Source: Phycisphaera mikurensis NBRC 102666
GTDB taxonomy: Bacteria > Planctomycetota > Phycisphaerae > Phycisphaerales > Phycisphaeraceae
Assembly: GCF_000284115.1 (NCBI RefSeq)
Contig: NC_017080.1
Span: forward strand, 180,001 to 212,000
Length of the DNA stretch: 32,000 nucleotides
Direction: 5' to 3'
Shown here: positions 26,005 through 32,000 of the stretch, piece by piece
How positions within the stretch are numbered: the stretch's first letter is position 1
How the letters are laid out: each line of letters begins with the position of its first letter
Made by a program: the position numbers and the translations under genes
The notes under the pieces: generated by a model
Databases searched by the model: none
Seen by the model: only the letters and a program-made list of their open reading frames with translations
What the model was told of the DNA's origin: nothing

Positions 26005-27549
26005 CTACCGGTGGGAGGGGTCGCGTCCCGCGGCGGGCGCGGCCTCGTCCAGGCCCGCTCCCGCCCGCAGGAAGGCGTTCACACCCGCCGCCGTCCATCG
26101 CGGGTCCCAGGTGCCCCGGGGCCGGTTCGCGGCTTCTTCCGCGAGCGCTTCGTAGGGATCCCCGCCGCCGCGGCCGTTGGCGGCCATGTAGTCCGCCAGC
26201 GTCGGCACGGCCGCGCCGGCGGGGTCGACGCGGTTGCCGGTGACGACCGCGTCCACCTGGTCTTCGTTCACGTCGAAGGCCGGCCACTTCGATGCCGTGG
26301 GCCAGTCGCTCACGAGGTTGCCGGTGATCGTCGCGGAGAGCTGCGGGTTGCCGATCCGCTCCCGCCAGGGGTCGCGGCCGTGGTGGTCCCACTTCTGCGA
26401 GACCTTGACGGCGACGCCGTGGCCGCTGCCGCTGTTCTTGTGAGCGAAGAGGTTGCCGGTGAGCTCGATCGACGCCACGCTCTCGACGAGGAAGCCGAAG
26501 CCGTTCTCCTGCACGCCGGCGATGTCGCTGGCGTCGAGCACGGCGTTGCCGGCGACGCGGCTCTCGCCGTCGAGGATCGTCATCGCGATGGGGCAGCGGC
26601 CGAAGAAGTTGCCCTCGACGAGCCCGCCGCCGCGGACCTGGGCCCCCTGCGCCGAGGGGCGGGTGATGAGGTTGCCCACCAGCTCCATCCGGCTGTTCAG
26701 CGTGAAGTACTGGTACACGTTGTGCTTGAAGATGTCGGGCTTGGAGCCTTCGACGGCCTCGTCGTGGCCGTTGCGGTCGAAGGTGCACTCCTCGACGCGG
26801 AGCCCGTCGAGGTTGCTCGCGAAGAGCCCCTGGGCGTGGCCGTTCACGCCGTAGTTGTCGACGACGATGCAGCGGCGGACGGTGACGTCGCGGAGCGGGT
26901 GCTTGCCGGCCCGCTGCCGGGCCCGGATCTCCTCGTCGTCGGGCTTGTCCCCGGCGTCGCCGCTCAGGTCCATGCCGACGAAGAAGCGGGAGATCTTGAG
27001 GTCTTCGAAGAGCACGTTCTCGCCGCGCTCGTTCCACTTGATGCCGTAGCCGCCCCGCCGCGCGGCCTCCACCGAGAAGGACGGGTCCGCGGGGTCGCGC
27101 GACCGGTCGCGGAAGGCGAGGCCCTGGATCACCAGGTGCGAGACCCCCGTGGCGGCGTGGGCGAGCAGGCCGCCGTTGAACTCCGGGCGGTCCCCCTCGC
27201 CGTAGACGCCGACGAACATCGGCTGGTCGGCCGACCGGCCGCTCTTCGCGAAGTAGCCAAAGGGCTCGTCGAAGCGGTCGCCGGCGCGGATGAGCAGGTG
27301 GTCGGGGAAGCCGTCGCGGAGCTGCTTCTTCGCCCGCTCGAGGGTCCGCAGCGGCGTGTTCTCGCCGCGGCCGTTGGCGCGGTCGTCGCCCGAGGTCGAC
27401 ACGTACACGAAGCGGGTGTCCGGCGAGGGCCGCGGGTTGTAGAAGCCCGCGGCGTCCCGGCCGGCCGCCGGCTCGGCGGCCGCGATCGCCAGCAACGCGG
27501 CGAAGAGCAGAAACGCCAAGCGGCGGGGAGGGAGGCGGAGTGCGTCCAT
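26005..27549 (-). CDS. Secreted right-handed parallel beta-helix repeat protein (pectate-lyase-fold, 514 aa)
   Basis: The ATG at 27549 is in the frame of ORF 26005..28800. Signal peptide MDALRLPPRRLAFLLFAALLAIAAAEPAAG. Periodic x-G-N-x-hydrophobic rungs: VGNLI, EGNFF, AGNAVL, TGNLF, TGNLV, TGNRV. The ORF portion above 27549 is antisense to the halogenase gene and looks like junk. Confidence 0.8.
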   Translation of the reverse strand: MDALRLPPRRLAFLLFAALLAIAAAEPAAGRDAAGFYNPRPSPDTRFVYVSTSGDDRANGRGENTPLRTLERAKKQLRDGFPDHLLIRAGDRFDEPFGYFAKSGRSADQPMFVGVYGEGDRPEFNGGLLAHAATGVSHLVIQGLAFRDRSRDPADPSFSVEAARRGGYGIKWNERGENVLFEDLKISRFFVGMDLSGDAGDKPDDEEIRARQRAGKHPLRDVTVRRCIVVDNYGVNGHAQGLFASNLDGLRVEECTFDRNGHDEAVEGSKPDIFKHNVYQYFTLNSRMELVGNLITRPSAQGAQVRGGGLVEGNFFGRCPIAMTILDGESRVAGNAVLDASDIAGVQENGFGFLVESVASIELTGNLFAHKNSGSGHGVAVKVSQKWDHHGRDPWRERIGNPQLSATITGNLVSDWPTASKWPAFDVNEDQVDAVVTGNRVDPAGAAVPTLADYMAANGRGGGDPYEALAEEAANRPRGTWDPRWTAAGVNAFLRAGAGLDEAAPAAGRDPSHR

Positions 27550-27660
27550 GGCGCAGCCCGAGCGTAGAGGGAACCACGCGGCGGCCGCCGGCCCAAGCCC
27601 GCGCAGCGGGCGTCGAACGCGCGATGCTCTAAAATCCACGGGCACCCGCCGCGGCGCAGC

Positions 27661-29307
27661 ATGCAGCCCGATCCCTCTCCAGCCGAGCCCTACGACGCCG
27701 TGATCATCGGGGGGGCGATCGCGGGCGCGGGCACGGCCATCACGCTGCTGCGGAAGCACCCCGCGGCGCGCGTGCTGGTGGTGGAACGCAGCGAGCGTTT
27801 CGAGAAGAAGGTGGGCGAGGCGACGGTCGAGTGCTCGGCGCTCTGGCTCACGGCGGCGCTGGGCCTGGGCCGCACCCTGGCGGAGCACCACCTGCCCAAG
27901 CACGGGCTCCGCTTCTTCTTCGACGAAGGCCGGGGCGGCGATCTCGCCGACCTCGACGAGCTCGGCCCGAAGCGGCAGGCGGCGATGACCAGCTTCCACC
28001 TCGACCGGCCCAGGCTCGACGGGCAGGCGCTCGCCGCGGCCGCGGACCGCGGGGCGGAAGTGGCCCGGCCGGCCGCGGTCCGCGGGATCGAGCTCGCCGA
28101 CGCCGCGGCGGGCCGGCCGCTGCACCGATTGACCGTCGAGGCGGCGGGGGCGGAGCCGCGGGAGGTCGCGGCCCGCTGGCTGATCGACGCGTCGGGCCGG
28201 CGCGGCGTGCTTGCCCGGAAGCTCGGCCTGCAGGAGAAGCTGGCGGACCACCCGATCTCCTCCTCGTGGGCACGGTGGGACGGCGTGGCCGACGCCGACG
28301 GGCCGGCGGTGCAGGGGCCCGATCCGGCGGACCCCCGCATGCCGCGGATCCCGGCGCCGCGGGGCCTCTCCACGAATCACTTCTGCGGGCACGGCTGGTG
28401 GAGCTGGGTGATCCCGCTCAAGGGCGGCCGCACCAGCGTCGGCCTCACCTTCGACCGCCGGCTCTTCGAGCCCCCGCCGCTGTCCGCGTCCCGCGCCGGC
28501 AGCCAGAAGCAGCGGTACGAGGCCTTCGTCCGCTCGGCTCCGGGCCTGAGCACGCTGCTGGCCGACGCGACGATGGACGCCTCGGACTTCGCCGCGTACC
28601 GCGACTGCGCCTTCCGCAGCACCGCCTACGCGGGCGAGGGCTGGGCCCTCGTCGGCGACGCCGCGAGCTTCCTGGATCCGCTGTACTCGCCGGGCCTCGA
28701 CCACGTCGCCTTCAGCAGCTACGCGACGGCCGCCATGGTGGCCGACGACCTGGCGGCGGGCGGCGAGCCTTCCGCCCGGGCGGCGGCGGTCACGAGGCAC
28801 AACGCGGAGTTCGTCCGCAGCTACGAGAACTGGTACGCCGCGATCTACCGCGGCAAGTACGCGCTGCTCGGCGATCCGGAGCTGCTCACGGCCAGCTACT
28901 TCATGGACATCGGCAGCTACTACTTCGGCGTGCTCGACTCGGTGGTGCGCGGCCTGGACGGCTTCCGCCGGCCGCCGATGGGCGGGCTGGACCTGCCCTC
29001 GCGCGTCGCGCCGCGGGTCCTCGCGGCCGTCAAGGACCGGATGATCCGGCTCGCCGGCGTGCGGCGGGAGCTGGGCCTCACCGGGCCGGGTCGCGCCGCC
29101 GCCGGCGGAGCCCCGCGGCGGCGGCTGGCCGGTTCCTTCGAGCTGGGCCCGACGGCGATCCGGCGGTACGCGCTGGGCGTGCGGCTGTGGCTGAGGACCG
29201 AGGCGGCGACCGCGCTGGCGCGGGCGAAGCGGGGGCGGCGGCCCGGGCTCGCCGAGGGGCCCGGCGCCGCGGCGGGCCCGAACCTGCGACCGGCGGCGGC
29301 GGCGTGA
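27661..29307 (+). CDS. FAD-dependent halogenase-like oxidoreductase (tryptophan-halogenase family motifs)
   Basis: FAD-binding YDAVIIGGAIAGAGTA (GxGxxG). GHGWWSWVIPL contains the WxWxIP motif. FLDPLYSPG fits FxxPxxSxG. GEAT is present in KKVGEATVE. The C-terminal ~100 aa are basic and Ala-rich. Confidence 0.8.
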   Translation: MQPDPSPAEPYDAVIIGGAIAGAGTAITLLRKHPAARVLVVERSERFEKKVGEATVECSALWLTAALGLGRTLAEHHLPKHGLRFFFDEGRGGDLADLDELGPKRQAAMTSFHLDRPRLDGQALAAAADRGAEVARPAAVRGIELADAAAGRPLHRLTVEAAGAEPREVAARWLIDASGRRGVLARKLGLQEKLADHPISSSWARWDGVADADGPAVQGPDPADPRMPRIPAPRGLSTNHFCGHGWWSWVIPLKGGRTSVGLTFDRRLFEPPPLSASRAGSQKQRYEAFVRSAPGLSTLLADATMDASDFAAYRDCAFRSTAYAGEGWALVGDAASFLDPLYSPGLDHVAFSSYATAAMVADDLAAGGEPSARAAAVTRHNAEFVRSYENWYAAIYRGKYALLGDPELLTASYFMDIGSYYFGVLDSVVRGLDGFRRPPMGGLDLPSRVAPRVLAAVKDRMIRLAGVRRELGLTGPGRAAAGGAPRRRLAGSFELGPTAIRRYALGVRLWLRTEAATALARAKRGRRPGLAEGPGAAAGPNLRPAAAA

Positions 29308-30728
29308 GCGGGCCGCTGCCGCCGGAGTTTGCGGAGCCTCCGGGGTTCTCCGTCGCCCGGGTGGACGCGGGGCCCCGCCCGCCGGCCGCGCGGGGCCGCG
29401 CGTGGATCCACGCCGCGGCGGATGCCGTGGCCGCGGCGCTCGCGGGCCCGGGCCTGGGCCCCGGCCCAGTCCTGATCCGCGCCTGCGACGGGCCGGCTTT
29501 CTTCGCCGCCTTCTTAGGCGGCGTCCGGGCCGGCCGGGCGGCGCTCCCGCTGGGGCCCGCGACGCCCGGGGCCGCGGCGTTGGCGGCCGGCCTCGGGGTC
29601 GGCGCCGCCGCCTCGATCGCCGGCGACGGGCCGATGGAGGCCCCGCGGGTGGAGCCGCGGGCGGGCCTCCGCGGGCCCCGGGACGGCCAGGACCCGCTGG
29701 GTTCCGGTGTGCTGCTGCAGACCTCCGGCTCCACCGCCGCGGCGGCCACCGCCTACCGCGGCGTCGCCGGGCTCGCCGCGGTCGGCCGCGCCTGCGCGTC
29801 CGGGCTGGGCGTCACCGCCGCCGACCACGTGCTCAGCGTCGCCCCGCTCGCGCACTCCTACGGCCTCGAGCACGGGCTGCTGATGCCGCTGTGCGCCGGC
29901 TGCCGCGTCACCTGCGCCGCGGCGCCGCGGGCGCCGGGCCCGTGGCTGCTCGCGGCGGCCGAGCGGGTGCGGCCGACGGTGCTGCCCGCCGTGCCCGTGC
30001 TGCTGGACCGCCTCGCCCGCGAAGCGGGCTCGCCCGCCGCCGCCGCCGGGCGGCTGCGCGCCGCGGGCGTGCGGCTGCTCTACTCCGCGGGCGGCGTGCT
30101 GCCGCCGGGCCTCGCCGCCGCCTACGCCGCGGCCGGGCTGCCCGTGGGGCAGGTTTTCGGATCCACCGAGGTCGGCAGCGTCACCTGGGCCCCGCCCGGA
30201 GAGGACGCCGGCGTCGGCCGGGCGTTGCCGGGCGTCACGCTGCGGGTGGACGGTGCGGGGCACCTCCGCGTCCGCTCGCCGTGGGCGCTCGCGGGCTTCC
30301 TCCGCGGGCCCGGCCGCCTGGAAGCCGCGTCCGACGCCGAGGGCTTCTTCGCCACCGGCGACCTCGCCTCGATCGACGCGTCCGGTGCCCTCCGCCTCGC
30401 CGGCCGCAGCCGGCTGCTCGTCGACGTCGGCGGCCGCAAGGTGAACCCCGCCGAGGTGGAGGCGGCGCTGGGTGCCTGCCCCGGCGTGGCCGAGGCGGTG
30501 GTGCTGCCGATGGTCCAGAGCGAGACGATCACGCGGCTGCGGGCCTTCGTCGAGCCGGCCGGAGCCGACGCCCCGCCGGCGGAGGCGGACCTCCGGGCGA
30601 GGCTGCGCCGGACGCTCCCGCCCCACAAGATCCCGCGGCGTTTCCACGCGCTCGCCGCCCTGCCGCGGACTCCCGCCGGCAAGCCCGACCGCGCCGCGCT
30701 GTCGCGGCTGGCAGACTCCCTGCCGTGA
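29304..30728 (+). CDS. ANL-superfamily adenylate-forming enzyme (AMP-dependent synthetase/ligase), short form (474 aa)
   Basis: The GTG at 29304 forms a GTGA overlap with the halogenase stop. Motifs: LQTSGSTAAAA (degenerate A3/P-loop), FGSTEVG (A5), FFATGDLAS (A7), GRSRLLVDVGGRKVNPAEVE (A8) and PRTPAGKPDR (A10 Lys). Confidence 0.85.
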   Translation: MSGPLPPEFAEPPGFSVARVDAGPRPPAARGRAWIHAAADAVAAALAGPGLGPGPVLIRACDGPAFFAAFLGGVRAGRAALPLGPATPGAAALAAGLGVGAAASIAGDGPMEAPRVEPRAGLRGPRDGQDPLGSGVLLQTSGSTAAAATAYRGVAGLAAVGRACASGLGVTAADHVLSVAPLAHSYGLEHGLLMPLCAGCRVTCAAAPRAPGPWLLAAAERVRPTVLPAVPVLLDRLAREAGSPAAAAGRLRAAGVRLLYSAGGVLPPGLAAAYAAAGLPVGQVFGSTEVGSVTWAPPGEDAGVGRALPGVTLRVDGAGHLRVRSPWALAGFLRGPGRLEAASDAEGFFATGDLASIDASGALRLAGRSRLLVDVGGRKVNPAEVEAALGACPGVAEAVVLPMVQSETITRLRAFVEPAGADAPPAEADLRARLRRTLPPHKIPRRFHALAALPRTPAGKPDRAALSRLADSLP

Positions 30729-31522
30729 AGCTCCTCCCCCACCCGCGGACCGTCGCCGGTTTGGCTCCCAAAGCGCCGCGGTCCGCGGCGGTGGCGGCGC
30801 TGGCGCTGCTCCTGTCGCTGCCGGGTTGCCGCGGGCCGCGGGTGCTCTCGGGGGAGGCGATCGCCGCCGACCCGGCAGGGGGCGGGTCCTCCGCGGCGGA
30901 GCGGCTCCACGCCGCCAACGCGACGCCGCGGGCGGTGTCGAGCTTCTCCGCCGCCTGCCGGCTCACGCTCGTGACGCCCGAGGGCGAGACCGTGAACCTC
31001 GACGGCGCGATCGTCGCCGCCGAGCCCGGGTCGCTCCGGCTGCAGGCCTGGAAGTTCGACCGGCCGGTGATCGACCTGACGGTGACGCCGGCGGGCCGCT
31101 TCCTGTTCGCCCGCGGGCAGGAAGTGCAAGGGGGCGTGCCGGAGGGCTTCGCCGGGATCCCCGCCGGCGGCCTGCCGACGCTGGCGCCGCTTCTGACGGA
31201 GCTGCCGGAGAGCGGGTACCAGACTCGGGGGCCGGGCCTCCTGGCCTGGCCCGCCGCCGCGTTCGGCGTCGAGGCCGACGCCACCATCGTCGCGACGCTC
31301 TCGCCGCTGGGCGTGCGGGAGCTGGCGATCGTCGGCCCCGAGCCCCCCGAGCTCCAGCGGATCGGCTTCGCCAACCACCGCGCCGTCGGCGGCGTCGCCT
31401 GGCCGATGGATTGGACCCTCACCGGCGCCCTCACCGGCACGGTGCTGCTCGAGGACGTCGAGCTCAACCCGCCGCTGCCGGCCTCGGCTTTCGAGCCGCC
31501 CGCCAGCGCCAGAGCCTTTTGA
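30725..31522 (+). CDS. Lipoprotein with LolA/LolB-like (DUF4292-like) sequence pattern
   Basis: The GTG at 30725 forms a GTGA overlap with the ANL stop. Signal and lipobox: AVAALALLLSLPGC. A beta-rich pattern (SFSAACRLTLVTPEGETVNLDGAIVAAEPGSLRLQAWKFDRPVIDLTVTPAGRFLF) and the C-terminal LNPPLPASAFEPP resemble lipoprotein-carrier-fold proteins by eye. Confidence 0.65.
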   Translation: MKLLPHPRTVAGLAPKAPRSAAVAALALLLSLPGCRGPRVLSGEAIAADPAGGGSSAAERLHAANATPRAVSSFSAACRLTLVTPEGETVNLDGAIVAAEPGSLRLQAWKFDRPVIDLTVTPAGRFLFARGQEVQGGVPEGFAGIPAGGLPTLAPLLTELPESGYQTRGPGLLAWPAAAFGVEADATIVATLSPLGVRELAIVGPEPPELQRIGFANHRAVGGVAWPMDWTLTGALTGTVLLEDVELNPPLPASAFEPPASARAF

Positions 31523-31563
31523 GCCCGCCGCGCCCGGCCCCCGCTGCCCCGTAGCGTCGCCTG

Positions 31564-32000
31564 ATGCTCACCCTCGCCGCCGGCGCCCTCATCGATCCCG
31601 ATCCCTACGAGATCGGCCTCCTCGTGCTCGGCCTGGGCCTGCTGATGGGCCTGCTCGTGCCGCAGGTGCTGCTCAAGCGGCCGGCCCTGCTCGCGGTCAG
31701 CTACCTCGCGCTGGGGGCGGGCCTCTTCGCCTTCACCGACCTCGAGGCGCCGGACATCCTCGACGGCGGCACCGGCCGGCTCCTCTGGGAGAAGCTGACC
31801 GAGGCGGTGGTGGTCATCTCCCTGGTGGGCGCCGGCCTCTCCATCGACCGCCGCCGCTTCCGCCACTGGGGCGTCACCACCCGGCTGCTGCTGATCACGA
31901 TGCCGATCACGATCCTGCTGCTCGCGCTGGGCGGCTGGCTGCTCGCCGGGCTGTCGATCCCGGCCGCGCTGCTGCTGGGCGCGATCCTCGCGCCGACCGA
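31564..32000 (+). CDS. Cation:proton antiporter (CPA1/NhaP-type Na+/H+ exchanger), 3' end outside the window
   Basis: Not in the ORF track because it has no stop within the window. My own translation from ATG 31564 gives MLTLAAGALIDPDPYEIGLLVLGLGLLMGLLVPQVLL...LLLGAILAPTD. It has several TM spans, GC3 near 100%, and ends in the CPA1 GAILAPTD(P) motif. Confidence 0.7.
   Translation, partial: MLTLAAGALIDPDPYEIGLLVLGLGLLMGLLVPQVLLKRPALLAVSYLALGAGLFAFTDLEAPDILDGGTGRLLWEKLTEAVVVISLVGAGLSIDRRRFRHWGVTTRLLLITMPITILLLALGGWLLAGLSIPAALLLGAILAPT

Noticed and set aside
27550-28800. Upper part of minus-strand ORF 26005..28800 (931 aa), and the N-terminal part of plus ORF 27831..30728
   Set aside because: Only the segment from ATG 27549 downward has a signal peptide and beta-helix repeats. 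The remainder is antisense to, or out of frame with, the halogenase gene and is low-complexity. Likewise, the ANL gene starts at GTG 29304, not 27831.

Overview
This is a very GC-rich bacterial chromosome segment (sample 60-nt lines are about 80% G+C). lpxB and lptB indicate a Gram-negative envelope. A PEP-CTERM protein and a pseudopilin-like tail suggest a Planctomycetota/Phycisphaerae-like genome, but that is inference only. About 26 coding regions are supportable. Most other ORFs in the six-frame track are Arg/Gly/Pro/Ala-rich shadow ORFs typical of high-GC DNA, and I rejected them.

Gene order:
- Plus strand: a 5'-truncated AAA+ ATPase, coupled by a 4-nt overlap to a RelE-like/SF1 helicase.
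- Minus strand: ruvB, an FHA-fused GspE/PilB-type ATPase, a sensor GGDEF-EAL protein and a 2-hydroxyacid dehydrogenase.
- Plus strand: recA, a small Cys-rich ORF and a REP-like repeat array.
- Minus strand: a long operon of lptB, rluB-like, pdxH, a HEPN/MNT pair, lpxB, a zinc-ribbon/TM/pseudopilin-like protein and a small ORF.
- A RAYT-type HUH-Y1 transposase flanked by inverted repeat arrays.
- A 2.7-kb low-GC island carrying one modular PEP-CTERM surface protein.
- A divergent cluster: a beta-helix protein and a large OPT-like permease on the minus strand, facing an operon of flavin halogenase-like, ANL adenylating enzyme and LolA/LolB-like lipoprotein on the plus strand.
- An open-ended Na+/H+ antiporter at the right edge.

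The best candidates for something undescribed are:
1. The RAYT with its hairpin and microsatellite repeat landscape, next to the foreign PEP-CTERM island.
2. The compact halogenase-ANL-lipoprotein operon, which has no PKS, ACP or NRPS partner in the window.
3. The HEPN/MNT pair spliced by start/stop overlap into an LPS and housekeeping operon.
4. The ATPase/RelE-like helicase pair at the left edge.

All functional calls rest on motif recognition by eye. No database search was possible, and several start codons are uncertain.
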